Assembly (NCBI GenBank): GCA_965285935.1
Contig: OZ260661.1
Location: 55,924,001 to 55,988,000, forward strand
Direction of reading: 5' to 3'
Source of the DNA: Ophelia neglecta
Taxonomy: Eukaryota
DNA length: 64,000 bases
Made by a program: the position numbers and the translations under genes. Below, piece after piece: positions 41,699-56,900 of the stretch; the stretch's first letter is position 1, and the number at the start of each line of letters is the position of its first letter. The notes under the pieces were generated by a model, which saw only the letters and a program-made list of their open reading frames with translations, made no database searches and was not told the DNA's origin.

Positions 41699-41768
41699 AA
41701 TCAGCTTGACCACTGGTTACTGCCTGTAGTAATCAGCTTGACCACCGATTACTGCCTGTAGTAATCAG
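41699..41768 (+). repeat. 32-bp tandem duplication downstream of the SH2-WW stop codon
   Basis: AATCAGCTTGACCAC(TGG/CGA)TTACTGCCTGTAGT twice, plus a partial third copy. Confidence 0.8.
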
Positions 41769-44700
41769 TTTAGCGTCTGTAAGCTAATATATGAAATATA
41801 TATAAATATTTTTATTTTTACATACAACTTTTGCTTGAGAGTATTAACAAACCTGTTAAAAAGTGAGCCTGCAAGTACAATGTTGAGTGGTCAAAGAAGC
41901 CACATAGAGATTAGCTTTTTTATGAACAAATTTAATTGTAGCTTTTTTTGTTCCAGAGACATTTATTTTAAGCAACAATCTGCAGTTGATTAGATAAGAA
42001 ACTATTATGAATATACCATAATGTGCCTATTGACTGTTGAAGAAGGCTAAGTGTAAGCTGTATATTTGTGATATAACATAATGCAGACAATTTTTTTAAA
42101 ATATTTATTAATGATTAGCAGGTTTCATTTTTGGATCCAAAGAAATCTATGCATGCATTCCATTTATTACGCTGAGACATTAACCGATGCATGGCAACCC
42201 AAGTCCCGGTACAACCTTGGGCATGCTCTGTAGTTGAAGCAGCATGCCCTCGCCTGTATTTAAAGCCCCATGGTGATTGTCTTCATTTAACTTAACGCTA
42301 ACCCAGCAAATATAAAAAGACTTCAGACAATTTTCCCAAGGTGACCATATACCAGTTGACATGTTTGTTATGGCATTTTGATCGGGAGGACCTAAGAAAT
42401 TAATAATCTAGGTTAAGGGTAATTAGTCATCACAGTACATGTGTAAATGAATGTACAGTATATACCTAGTATGTATGGAATAATCACAAGGGTAATAGGA
42501 ATTGATTTGATAGTCTGAATATTCGAGAAATCTAATAGTAAAATCTCCGTGCAGAGCAAATGGCAGTGTCTAAGTTAGTAAGTCTAGAGACAATGAAGGT
42601 CTAGTACTCCAGGTGAGGCATGGCTGCTCAGAAAGATTTGTTTCATTATGAGCCAGCCGAGGCTTATCCTAATCTTGTGGTTTGTAATGAACATCTAAAT
42701 AGACTGCACTGTTCTCAGATGAATTATATTGACATTCTCCCAGAAATATCTTTGTGGGCATGTACAAAGGGACTCTGTATATTCCTATGTAATATTGCAT
42801 ATCTTTATACATGGTATTTATCTATTAACCAAGGTTTTTGCTGGAATCATTGCAAGTACCGGTATTCCATAAACTACTTTTATAAGCTTTTATACTGTGA
42901 AACTTGAATTGGAAAAATGTAAATGACAACTTACCATGAACGCCCAAGCAAAAAAGGGCAAAATGGAAGGGACGCCTTTTAAATGGAAATAGTAAACTCT
43001 AATTGTCCTTGAGGACTGAAAAATAATGGTGCAATAGCATTGTGCCTTGACAAGCTTTACCATGGCATCATCCTTGAATGTTGCTGAGTGAAATCCTTTT
43101 TTCCACCGTTTTATATCTCTTGTATAAGAAACCTGCCTATCATTTTTAGCTCTGATAGGCTCCTGAGTGATAGTTAACAATATTATTATAGCATTATCTG
43201 ACTTTCTTTCTATGTTTTGTCTGAATCCTAGAAATCCATCTTTGGGAATTCTGTAAAAATTATTTAGATTTGAATAGAATAGAACCCCAAAATTAAGAAA
43301 CTGGTAGTCCAGCTTTGTTGAGTTCTGCTAACCAGTTACAAAGGGGGTTCTCTGTCATAAAGCTCAATTTTATAAGTGCTCAGACATATATCAGGTTTCT
43401 TTTTCATGAAATTTCATAAAGGTTACTATTTGTAAACAAAGCTATTGTATGGACATTTAAAAATATAATCAAGTGTAAACAATATTTTTAAATTGGAATT
43501 CCTATAATACAGTATATGCTTGGACTTGCAGTTTAGTAGCTATGATTGTGAATGACAATACCAGTTCCGACACCAAATGCTATGTATAAATATTGAACAA
43601 TTTGTTGTAAATGATTTATTTTTATACATTTTCTAAATCATTGAAAATTACTGTTATCTGTTATATTCTGTGCAAATGTTTAATGAAATAAAATTCAAAT
43701 GAATAATTCTTAACATTGTTTATATTAAAAGCTAATTCTATGTAAAATCCTATACTGTATAAAAATCCTGTAATGATTAATTATCATATAGATCTCAGTA
43801 CCAATTCAAACTTCAATTCAAAATACATGTTAACTTATTGCTGCTATATTAATGAAATAAAAGAAAATTATTGCTGCTATATAGAGTCTAAATAAAATAC
43901 AAGCAAATTATTTAGAACTGCATATGCAAGTACATATCAGAAGAATGATGAAAACAAGCGAATGTAATAGATAAAAAAAGATGTATATATTTCTAAATAA
44001 CAAAGTGATACTGACATGAACATGTTACAATTGCTTTCAATTTCTTTTAGAAAAACACACAAGGAATGCGTTACAGAGTCTCTGGGGTATAGGGGGATGG
44101 AGGTGGATTGGGAGTAGCTGTCAGGCAAGCTACATATCTTATGTTCAGAGGAAAACACGGGAAAACGCTTCTGACTTCATTGTTTTAATTATTTCCAATG
44201 GTTGTCACGTCATTCACTACGGTGGATCATCGATAGCGGAGAGATAATCTGGTGAAAGTGAATTTGACTAGAAGTAAGGCCTAATACCAAAAAATTCGCC
44301 ATCAGACTTAAAGAAAAGATTGACCTATGTTACTAGATGTTCTCTATGAAAAGTTAGGACATGTAGTCTTGGTCACTTTATATTTCATACACTATATATA
44401 AGCAAGGCACGATTGATCTGTTTCTCTTAACAGTTGAAGCCTTGTGAGGTATCATTAGATATCAGCATGCACTCCCATTGCGTGAATTAGATTACTTTTC
44501 ACTGCCAGTTACAAAAATGTCGTATGAATGTAAATATTACTATACTATTTGAGTTTGTTAGTTGTTTATTCTTCTTTGAATTAATAAACGCAATATCATA
44601 GTCAATGTGTAGAATTTTTACCAAAATTAAATGTAAATGGCCACTGAGCTCTTTTTTATTATGACAAGGGGCCCCCCAATAAATGCTGGTTATAATGATA

Positions 44701-45192
44701 TTAATTATAATAGTAGGACACGGAAGAAATACACAGATACGATTATTTATTTACTAAATATTTATAATACATACATAAAGTAATTGAAATGTATCCTAGA
44801 CTTGATAATTACGTATATGTTGATGCACCAAATGATAGTAGGCCTACATTGTGGGGTTTATTTCAATGTGATCCCACTATATCTAGGATAAGTGAGATTT
44901 TATCTCTAAATGCTATAACCCAGCAATCGCTCGGAGAATTAAAAATGAGTTACATGAGCAGATGTTTGTCTATGGAATCATTAAAATATCAACACTCCTT
45001 TGAAAGTGGTTTCCGTATACACGTACAAATTCTACTCTTAGATAATACTAATAAGTTATAATTTCAACTCGAGAGTTGATTTCCTGTGCATTCTTTCCCA
45101 AATGAGCTCCGCATTTATCGGATAGTCCAATTGCGAGATGCAGGACTATAGAAGTTGGGCAATCAAATAAACCAAATAGTGGTAAAAGCTAA

Positions 45193-48100
45193 TTATTTCA
45201 TTTCGAAAGGTTGTTCATCGTCTCGTTTACGCTTCCTCGCCATGACTGTAAGTGTTATTCCGAGCAATACAAGGCTTACTAACACCAGCGTTCCACCAAC
45301 CGTTCCTCCCACAATGGCCGCAGTGTTTTCTTCGCCATCATTCTGGCTGGGGACCGGAAATCGAAAAGTCCCAGAGCGGCTCCTAAATGGCGGTCTTATG
45401 AATCCTCTAGCTGCTATCCCCATGCCTTGAATATTCTGAGAACAAAGAAAGACAACTCACATACAGTATATTTGAAGAATAATCTTCTTTGCTCAATGAC
45501 ACAGTCAAGTAGGAATAATTTAATCTTATGTTTGTATTATAAGCATAATGTTGTTTGAAATTAACTGCAATACTGAAAAATTTAATGGTATTTCAATACA
45601 GTATTTGAATTATCCTTGTTACAGCTCATCTTATAGCATATATTTAGAAATTCTGCCTCAAATTTCACCCCTTGTTCTGACACGTGGATTGCCCCTTGAT
45701 CTGCTTGGTCTTCAGAGCGCGATCTCTGTGGAAGAGGATCCGATTTACCAAAGCTTGCAGAACTGCCTTTCGTAATTTTTCCCTGCATAATTGATTAAAT
45801 ATTAAGATAGCAGAATATAGGCCTAATTGAAAAGCGACAAAACAGTGCGACGAGACAACCACCGCAAGACATTGAGGAACAATAACATCTATTAGGACAG
45901 TAGGCTAATTGTTGTTGCTACTAAAAAAATAATTGTTCAAAACGATCAGAAATTAGATAAACAGATTGTTCACTAGCCTACCTCTTGTTGTTCATTCTTT
46001 GTTAGTGCCGAGGAGCCGCTATTCAACCTGGTTTTTATGTATGGGTCGTCCTGTGAAACAATACATTCACAATAAAAGTTCAAAAGCAATGAAGTCTTTA
46101 AATACACCACCTTCTTTATCGTATTAAATTTCCGACTGTTAATAGTACAATCATTACAACCTTTTTTGTGTTATGTATGAATTTGGATAAATGACTAAAC
46201 GAACGGAGCTTAATATTTCATACGCATTTGTAAATATATATCTAGGTCTACCTCAGATGGGCAAAATATGTCGTCTGCAGACAGACTCCAATCCATAGCC
46301 CTCAACCTATTTCCTTCGTCAACGAACTGGTGAGTAATCAATAATATATCAGAGAAAACATAAATAAAAACCATTTTCAGGGAAATACATATATATTCAT
46401 ATATTTAATGAGACAAGAAAGATTTGAACCTTGGATTAAAAAATATCATTAGAAAAATATGTGCTTACCAGTTGGTTCCAGAGGGAGATGGTGAGGACTT
46501 TGTGTGCCTTCTTGCCAGGGTGGAAGCAGTCGACAGCCCAATAACTCTGGTCTACCTCACCGGACTCAGTCTGAAATTATAGTATCCATTTATATACGTA
46601 TATAAAGATATAAGCACCTATACTTATACCAGCCCCCCCCCCCCTCTCTCTCTCTCTCCAATAAAAAGTAAATAAAAAGGCGTTCTGTTTCCATGAAAGT
46701 TTGCTTTCACCAAATATGACCGTACATCGAAATGTTCCTTGAGTAGGCTATATGGTTGCAGAAGCCGGAATCAAACCGTCAAATCAATTGAGCGTGCGCA
46801 TGGCAGTGTGGATAATAGGGAGAACATCCATTTAAAGGTGGTTTAATAGATATTGGTAATGTATTACTGTTGGTGGTCGAGCGTTCTGTAGGTGAGGAAT
46901 GAAGACGACCGTGAAGTCGGGTCTCTCGGGACGATCCCAGCGGCCACTCGACACCATCTCCTCCAACTGGTCGTGGTAGTCTCTCTGAGCTTTTTGTAAC
47001 ATGGCGTGGTTGCTAGAGCTTGTGGCACATCCACACACAAACCTGCAACATTAACTATCTCATACGAACTATATGTATTAATAACATAACATTTTTAATT
47101 GGCTGAGTACAGAAGGCAGCAAGTTTAACCTTCTAAGGCAAATAGACTGCGCTTACCGCACGTTATGAAAAGTTCTAATGAAGAATATAAAACATTTAAT
47201 AATAATGGCATTAATAGATATGTGGTTCCCTCGTCTAAGGTATCACATGCATGGTTTCATGTATCATAAGAACCCTGTGAATTAGCCTGTAGTCTTTAGA
47301 GGATGTCACAAGTTATGAGTGACTGGCGCCCTGACTTTCCATCCATGAGGAGTCAGACCACACGGCGTCACATAACACCAAAACTGTATAGCAGGGAAGG
47401 CATACGAAATACGGACAGATAATAGATACGCGTTTGGTTGTATAGAAAGGTCTATTTATCTCTCTGAGATGCGTCTTTGCAATCGGGACTTAGTCGTTTT
47501 TACATGCATTTCTAAGATGCATCTTTGCTTACTGTCGTGAAATCCGTCGGCTAAAAGTTGTGTCTAGGCAATCGGGCAAAAAGTCATACAAGCGTTAGCC
47601 GCGGGGCCAAGAAGGGTTAATTTATAAGTATAATTGACATGTACGTCGAGTCCCGAACTATGTTTCTTTTGCTCAGTCCATCACATGTCTATACTTTCAT
47701 GTACATCGCAAAAATCTTATTGCCAACTATTAACCATGATTAACCCAAGGCTTTGTTAGAACCCATACCTTTAAGGTATGGGTTCATTATAATGTAAAAT
47801 AAGTGTTTCATATTATATAATTTTGTATACGATGAAATAAATCGGCTTTAGTTTGATATTTAGAGCACTGGAATATTTCTTTCTCCTGAAAAATGGCCAA
47901 AGTGAGTTAGTTAATTGACCAAGCACCTACCAGTACGTAGGACTATATCAATTAAACTAAATGTGCTCGTCTTCTCGCCAATCTCATTGTTTATATTAAC
48001 TGTCAACGTGGTTATAAAATGTTCATCATACATAGCCTAGAACAAACAAAGTATCTATAGAAATTGATTTTGTGAGAGTTATCAAATGCGTTATACCTAT

Positions 48101-51100
48101 ATGAGTACTTTTAACTTCCACGATTAACTATAATTAAACTTTAAGTGCGTAAATGTGATCAATATTTCTTTAATATAAATGTGTCTCACCACTGGACGAC
48201 GTCGCAGACGATGCCGTCACTGAAAGCAGGAAGTGCGGTGATGTCGAAGATTGTATTGATTGTAACGATCATCTTTGGGGGTCCATTATTGTAGAGGTAG
48301 TCAATAGCTCGACGTACATTCAGACCATAAGCTTCTGGACTGTGAGCTTCCTAAAAAATATATTAAGTGGAACCTCTGTACATAGAAACAATAAAGGGCG
48401 CATCGACAAAGAGCTGGCGGACTTGCTGTAAATGTCCAAGCAATTAAACTGCATGGACACATATTTGAAACAAGGTTTGAGAAGGAATCCAATAATTGAA
48501 GCCTGGAAAAATAGAAACTACCGTCAAGACTATAGATCTATCGAGCAGCTCTTTACTTGGGCGAAAAAAAAAGATAAAATTAGGATAGAATTGAACTAAC
48601 CAGGTCATCGCAGACACTACATAGGTCATTCCCACCGACGAGAAAGTTTACAATTTTCCAGTCGTTTTCCCAGTCAACGCCCATCTTAGGTCCCTCGTTG
48701 TACATGAGCTGGGTGAGGTGGACCGCCTGGTCGTACATCTCTCTGGAAAGGATATTCAATTAATTGATTTCAAATTTCGAGGTAACCTAATAGGCAATGC
48801 GTGAACCATATGCATGGAAATTATTATGACCCATAATTAAAAACTCAATTCACAAACCCTTATATTCGAATTCAAGTTCTTAAAGATTTTTTCTTCCTAT
48901 TTTATCCACCCACTGGTTATTTCCGTATTGATAAGGTAATTAAGAAAGAATGAAAGGCGTAAATAGAGAAATGAGCTTCTCACTCAGCGATACCACCTCC
49001 CACAGCAACATTAAGTCCGGCTTCAATGTCGCCGGCCTTGCTCTCTGCCCAGGAAAACCCGCTCACTCGGGAGGAGAATTGGCGAAAAATATCTGAAATC
49101 AATGACAAAGAAAACTTTGAAAAAAGATAGTAAAATGCAGAACAGTTAGGCGAAATGATATAATTTGAAAATATTCCAGTTAACCAATTTCCATGATTAT
49201 AAACGATATATATATAGGCCTATATGGATATATATATATAGACTGCAAGGCAAATTTTAGCAAAAATCGAGCCACATGTAGAATAGATTAACAACTATAT
49301 ATACATACTCGGGGTCGTAATAATTCCTTCTTCCAAAGAGAGAATGCCCCCAGAGCTGCAGCAAAAGTAAATTAAGTTGTCAGTCAAAATTCAATGTCTA
49401 TACATGTATACTGAATTGTCTTGTTTGATGATGTTTTTGCTGGATATTACTACTATAATGAGACCTACTTGTGAAAGGCGAAACTTTATATGTTCTTATT
49501 CACATTATACTAGTCTACTGTTTTATTTTCAACTTCATAAGAGTTTTATTACTATGTAAAAATAATGAAGAAACAATTGATTTACATGTAAATGCCCATG
49601 CGGTACTTTACCTCCACGACTCTTGTCTGTCATTACGCAGAATCTGCAATATGTTGGTCGCCGTAATTCCGTAACCCGCCTGAAAAGTTTAAGAAGGTAC
49701 AAAGTAATATCTATACCACGGTAAATTAGGCCTGCTGCATTGCCAATAGAAAAACCAAAAGTTGTGTCAATGTTTATCGTATGACCTAAAGGTGTAATAT
49801 TTAGAGTGAAACTTATATCAAAGCCAATTTAATTTCATCAGTATCCATTTCTAGGTTATGAGCATAATATATTGTACATCTGCTGGCNNNNNNNNNNNNN
49901 NNNNNNNNNNNNNNNNNNNNNNNNNNNNNNNNNNNNNNNNNNNNNNNNNNNNNNNNNNNNNNNNNNNNNNNNNNNNNNNNNNNNNNNNNNNNNNNNNNNN
50001 NNNNNNNNNNNNNNNNNNNNNNNNNGACAGACCCAAGCCACAATCTGGAAACAGACATTCATCGCACACCCCTAGTGGTACATCTTTTCGAGACCCTAGA
50101 TCTAACAATATGGTGCTTACGGTGATGGAATCTCCGATAGAGGCCACCACTTTAATATCACCTGGCCGCACGGCGTGAGCTAAGGATTAAACCGAAATTC
50201 CATTAATTAATAACATTATAAATTACCTGTATAGATTTATTTCCAACCGAACATATTATTTTGGTACATCTTGTTGTATATTGATCAATATGGTTTAGTC
50301 ACTATAATCTATAATACACTATGTCTTGAACATGAAACACATGGCTAGTATATTTAAAAAAAAATGAAAAAGAATAAAGAAAAGAAATACAAACAAAATA
50401 ATTGAAAAGCAGTACAGTATCATAACTACAAAACAGTTCGATATATCTGGACACATATTCTGACTGTGACAAATACGACCCCCAAAATATGTATATAGTA
50501 AGAAGTATAGACCTGTAATTTCTTAATAACGAATTAGACTATATGTGCGTATACATATATATGTGCATGATTGATATTTATATTCAATCTGAACCACAAA
50601 TAGGCCTTAATAGCATTGCTCACCATTTTCAGGGATAGATCCCGATGGAGGTAAACTGCAACTGAATGCTTTGGCTGCTCTTTCTTCTTCAGCCTTATAA
50701 ACAAAAATGGAGAAACACCTTAACAACCCTATATCATAGGCTATGTTGAAAGCTCAGTATTTCTTGTAGGTTAATATATTAGTAAAGTAGCGAATGGTTC
50801 GTTTAAAAAAAAAAGACTCGAGTTATTTCATAGTTAAAACAAAAGTATATATACCAGTGGTTCGTGGTTGTAGAGACGGAAATGATTATCCATTATTGAT
50901 GCAAACGTGTCGTTCTGTTCTGCCATTAATTTTAGGCGCTCCCAAGCCGCTTCGTATTGTATTGCTATAGCATATAAGCGTTTTAATATAATAAGTCATT
51001 TTCTGTTCGTCCACCTTTAATAGATTAAGTGAACTGTCGTTTGATTGCTAATGTTCGGTATTTTCATTATTAACATAAGGTGTCACATATTCTTTTTTCA

Positions 51101-52175
51101 TTTACTATATTTAAACTTAAATTTAATCTCTTTGATATTGCATTTATTATCATTTATAGAAAAACACTCGTCAACTCACCCCATCTCTTGGAATGGGAAA
51201 GTCCCTTGTCCGCGCCTTGATTTGATTCGGCTGAACTGTCGGCGCTGTTTGGACCTACACATGATATATTCGACGAACAAATGCTTGTAAAACCGTAGGA
51301 TGAATCTACACAATTAAGCCAACTAGTTGCGGTACTACAAAAACAGATAACTATTTCGTTAAGCCATTTTTATTTCCGGGTTTTTACCGCAAACTTCGGA
51401 TTAACAATGAATCTTTGCAAATAAAAAAAAGCATTTTTGTTCACATTGTCAGATATAGTGTATCCTACTCACAACGCCAAAATAGCAGCACATAGGCCTA
51501 TATATTATTGTACCAAATATTGGGGAAAATGTGTATACATTGCACATAAAAGATTCAATTTTAGATTATTAACGAATTAACGAATTAAACCTACTATTTT
51601 CATCTTTGACGATGAAACCGGAACTACACGCATAACTACATTATTCCTGCATGACCAGGGCAAATATTTGTGCCTTGTTTGACAGACAAAATCCTATTCA
51701 GTCATTGAACGGTTCGTGCTCTTGAAAAACCTTTACCCATGTAGGCCCTAACCAGTATACAAAAAATGTAATGCCCTTAAATTTTGTCCTTCCATTTCAT
51801 TTTGCTTTTTTTTAAGCTATCACGTATTAAAAAATCTGAAGACCTATATCACTCAATTCTCCTGGCCTCAATTTGCCGTGAATAAACTCCTGCATGTTTT
51901 CTTGCAAAAACTGTCAACTGTACACTTTAACATACATATACAAGGCAAATGTATATGATAAATACTACGACAAAGATTATACTTAGTCCTGATCAGATGA
52001 TATACGCTTTTGCAGTAGATATAACTACGATAGCTACCTACGTTTATCATGACAGAGTAGTGAAAGGTGAGTTACCATTGCCGTGACCCGTGTCTTTTGG
52101 ACCTTTGTTAGCTAGGTTTTCACCACTCAAGCTGACAAATGAAAGCGCACACAATATTACAAATATATGCACCAT
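45193..52175 (-). CDS. PLB1-like: Phospholipase B1-like SGNH/GDSL lipase, copy A (signal peptide, extended stalk, C-terminal TM; ~572 aa)
   Basis: Exons 52175-52076, 51254-51180, 50964-50855, 50693-50624, 50179-50121, 49679-49612, 49355-49309, 49092-48984, 48742-48601, 48350-48190, 47042-46868, 46570-46469, 46326-46252, 46050-45982, 45782-45669, 45435-45193. Motifs: HAVRPGDIKVVASIGDSIT, NVAVGG, DWKIVNFLVGGNDLC, DCFHP, LWNQL. TM segment followed by RKRKR. Confidence 0.9.
47129..47616. mobile_element. Degenerate piggyBac-like MITE in a PLB1-A intron
   Basis: TTAA|CCTTCT...AGAAGGG|TTAA ends around a GC-richer interior. TIRs are short and imperfect. Confidence 0.45.
49888..50025. other. Assembly gap (138 N) within a PLB1-A intron
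   Basis: N run. The flanking exons (59 and 68 nt) are consecutive in copies B and C, so no core exon appears to be lost. Confidence 0.98.
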
Positions 52176-53946
52176 GGTTCGATCCCTTCGGTGTACCCAA
52201 TACAGCTCAATATGCAGACGATCGACTTCAAATGGGGATACTACCGTTTTTATTAGTTATAAAGCCTACTTGATGGGAAGGTTATGACTGCTAAAAATGA
52301 ATCAAGGCGCCCTCCACTGTTTATACCCGTTGAGATAATTAGGATATTTTATCACTTCTGAGAGCAGTTATACGTACGCTAATAGATTACTTGATAGATT
52401 ATACCAAGGATCACTCTCAGTTTTATCGAATACGCTCGTGTCCTTGTCACTTTAAGCTGGTTTAAGTGCGTGAGGTAGGCTCGATATAGGCCTATACACT
52501 TTACGATACTGAGATTGCCTTTCATAAATAACACCCCCTCCCTCCGCCCCACAAAAGAACGAAAACACTGTAGGTATACTATATATGTAGGCCTATATGA
52601 CCTGATTTCGTGACACGATAAACTCCAAATATGCATATATGATTTGTTTGCCTCTTGCGCATTTACCTTTACTTTTGCACTAATACGGTAGCTCATCGTG
52701 AGAAATTTGAATTGATAATAGTTCATTCATATTACGCACGTCTCGTAGATCGCAAATAACATCGTATATATAAGCTGCTGGATGTCGTTTTACTGCTTTT
52801 GACAGATCTTGCCTTGGCTTAATCTATTATTATGACATACGAAATTTAGAAATTTAATCAGTTTTATCTGTTATCCAGCTTACAGCTTCGATTTATCGAT
52901 ATCGATTTTTTGTGAACTATATTTTTGGTTAAGAAATACATGAATGATAATAAAGAGGAAATAACGCGTGTATAAATACGTGCCTTGCCTGCATGGATTT
53001 AAATCTATTTTCAAAATTGAAGTCAACTGGAAAGAATCTGTCAAAGTCTACCAAAATAAGTAAAAGCACACGCGCTTCTTTCATTTACGCCCACCAGAAA
53101 ATAATTTAAAAGGCTACAATTATAATAAAACCACGGGCAATAAAAGTCTTCTAAGGACATGTAGGTGTATATGAAAAATGAACAACACTGGGACTGGCAT
53201 GTCGACAAATCGCGTCTGTCAGTCGGATGAATTGTTTAGCCTTAGTTTGGTATATTACTCACTGGATGGATTTCAAGCTCTAGGCCTATATAACTTGAGA
53301 TAGAAAAGTATATAGGAAACGTATACTTTATGAAGGAGTGCACAGCATATTTGCAAGGTATGGGGCGCGCGAAATTGATGGTGTTGCAATTTTCGCATGA
53401 TGGGCTTCCGTAAAAAAACTTGTGCACTGTTTCCTTTTGACCTAATCCGTCAAATTAATCAGCGTTCACAAGATAACTAATCAGGTTTAGTCAAGGATAT
53501 CTTTTCTGGAGATTTATATGCGCATAAATTATCCAATTGAATTCATATTTTATCTCATAAATGTAAGGTATCTTTACAATGATTGGTTCAAATCGTGACT
53601 AGGCTTAAGTATTAATACAAAAAGCACCAAAGGAACATCAGGTTCAGCAGGTTAAGTATTGAAACAAACTGCATGCAATCAAGATCTATATAATTGTTCT
53701 TTATTCGGAAATGCAATCTTATTCAAGCAATAATTATTATAGGGCCTACGCATCAATAATTATAAAAGTTTTCACATTCAAGAACGAACCATTAATCTGA
53801 ATTTTTAATTGTACAAATATACGTTTTCATTGGTTTAGTAGGCGCCCCCTACTAATGCATCGTTCATCCGTTTTCGGTATCTGGCAACTACTAAATGTAA
53901 ACAATTCAGAGAACACAGCGCCGCCTTGCGAAGACTGCGTGGTCTT

Positions 53947-56900
53947 CTATGGCGCTGGCACGTTCAGTCTCGTCTGAATGAAGGGAGCCTCCTGAAAGCA
54001 GGAATAAAAAACGAGGATGGAAGAGGACAGAAAATAATCCCAATTCATCAACCACTACAACATCAAGTTAGGGACGCACCATTTGCATGGATTGGACGGG
54101 AAATATGGAATTAATTTTCATTATGCTAGTGTGATCATTTCTATTTGTCTCCGATTATTCTTTCGGTCCCTGTTTAAAACAATTACATGTACCTAATTTA
54201 TAACCAGTACTTTCTCAGCTTCAAAACTTCACAATTCATTTGATGGCTTTGAATTATTTGATGTGAAAGTTAAGGGGTGTAGTATTAGCATAACGAAACG
54301 TGTCATGTCGGCCAAATTCGCACATCCCTTATTCCGCGCAGTAAGTGAAGACTTATTAATGCTGGCCGCGAAATAAGGTTACTTAATACGCAAAATGTAG
54401 ATGAAAACGAGGTGGTAATCTTAAACGCTTGTCTATTATTCTGTGCGCTTTATAAGCTTATTTTATGCGCGGTATTAAACAAATCCGAAGACCCGACGTG
54501 GGTTTTATACAAGCTACATCTATAGACGATGGGGCCGCATACAGCCTACCTCAGTTGGACAATGCAGGTTCTCTCCCATTTTCCAGTCCATGGCAGTTCT
54601 TTTTTGACCGACTGGTTCGAACTGATAGATTAATTATTAGAAATGAATAGAGATATAATCAGATACAAATGTATTTTGTCGTTTTCTTGAGATCGACATC
54701 CAGAAGAAAATATTCAACTGCCTTTTTGCAAAAATGTGTGACATATTTAATTGTGGTAATCAACGAACCAATTGATTCCAGAGAGATGTCGCCAAAGCAA
54801 AATGGGCTTTTCGGCCCGGATGGAAGCAGTCATAAGCCCAGAAACTGGCGTCTACCCGTCCGGTACCGATCTAAAAGGCAGTTTGAAACATGATTTAGAC
54901 TGCATTCTGTTTCTGATTTGTTTGACTGATTTACAGCTTCTGAATATTTAGCACAATTTAACTACGAGACTATGAGTTTGGGCGATCTAGCTACATGTAA
55001 TACACATAGGCCCTATAATTTCGAACGATACAAGCCTATGTGCAAATGAAGAAATGTGGAAGCCATTTGCCTACGTCTATGGGGGGTCTGGAGTCCTTCA
55101 GGTGAGGCATAAGGACCACAGTGAAGTCGGGTCTGCGGGGGTTGTCGTACCGGCCACTGCCTATCAGCTGTTGTAGTTTGACCGAGTAGGCTTGCTGGGC
55201 CTCTTGAATACTTTTATGATAATACTCATCGGTTGCACATCCGCATACAAACCTGATATAAACAGAAAATAGCATAAAATTTACCCTTATTATCAATGAT
55301 TAAATAAGTCATTATGGCAACAGGACTTTTTTTCAGGTATAGCAAAAACATTCCAGCTTGGTCATGATATAGAGCTATAGATGATTTGCACAATATTAGT
55401 GTTAACAGATGAATTATTTAGTCCACAGCAAATGTTCCAAAAGGACTATTTGCTGATTTCCGGAAGTCAGGCAAAAATGGCTTAAATCTAGAGGCCTATT
55501 GAGCTTTGACCCCAGGGATTGTGCAATATGATCTCTTGTGGCCGCAATTTTGCCCCACCGCAACATGCGCAAATTGGAATCAACCTAACTTTTAGAACGA
55601 TTGGGAATAATAGCCCTACTAATTTCTACCTTATAATGACTCGCTTTTCATTTTAAAGTGGAAAATATTGGCCTAACTTTGTTTAAAAACATGCATTTCT
55701 TTGTTTCCCGATTGTCATGGCGCTTTTATTTATAACAACATATCTTGCGGATTGATTGTTACGTCTTTGAATGTTAAAAAGAAATTATTATTCTGTATTC
55801 AATGTTGGTCAATATGAGCCTTCGCGTAATAGGCCCGTGATAAATGAAATATTCGACTAGGCGTAGGCCTACTTGTTATTGACCTAGCAGATGCAAGGTC
55901 TTTTGACTTCAGTAGCTTACCCTTGGATCATATCACAAATGAAATCTTCGCTAAATGCTGGTAGAGGGGTGATATCAAAGATGGTACTGACAACTATAAT
56001 CATTTTGGGAGGACCCTCGTTGTACAAGTAGTCTAGTGCTGAGCGGATGTGGTTCATGTAGGCGTCGGCGCTGTAGTAATCCTGTAGGGTATAATCAGCT
56101 GAATATGTAAGGCATATTTGGGAAATATCTGTATTATTAAAAATCAAATAGTTTGTTAATAGCTGAACCAAAATGTTTGGCATTAATGACCCCAAAAGAT
56201 TACAGGAAACATAGCTTACTTCGTCACTGCAAAATCGGCACAAGTCATTTCCGCCAATGAGAAGGCTGACAAGTTTCCAATCATTTTCCCAACTGACTCC
56301 GATGCCAGACCCTTGCTCACGTAATTTCTCCACGAAGTGGTACGCATTATCCCACATGTCTCTTTGAATTAATAAAAAAACAACCAGGATATAGCGTATA
56401 GGGCAATATAAAAATTGTTTATACCTATATTCAGTATTGTTGACAATAGGTTATAAACCTAGTTTGTACTTTTCCAGATTGAACTACGACAGTATGAGCC
56501 GTTTACATGAAATGTTTTATTTCTTATTTCATTGACTTACGAAGCTAAATAACCCCCGACAGCCACATTGAGTCCGGCCTCTACGTCATCAGGCCAGCTC
56601 CTACCGAACGAGTAGCCGCCCAGCTGAGGGCTAAGGAGTCTCAATATGTCTGAAGGTATATAGGTATTCGGAATTAAACGGCGTTTGTAAATAATTAAGC
56701 ACTCTGCGATTACAATACAACAAAATAGTATACCATGTCCTGTACATAAGTATCTTTATGCATATGGTTATTTATATAATTACGAATATACTTTGAATTT
56801 TCAAGATGGCTGCCTTATTCCGTAAATTAAACACTCACTTGGTAAAGTTATCATGTTTTCTTGTAGAGACCTTGTACCACCGGATCTAAAATAAAGTTAG

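Noticed and set aside
49813-50178. ORFs spanning the N run
   Set aside because: Artefacts of the gap; only 50121-50179 is a real exon.
53836-53949. Programmed stop-codon readthrough in PLB1-B
   Set aside because: The TAG-A context is not a leaky motif, and the extension has no TM or recognisable signal.
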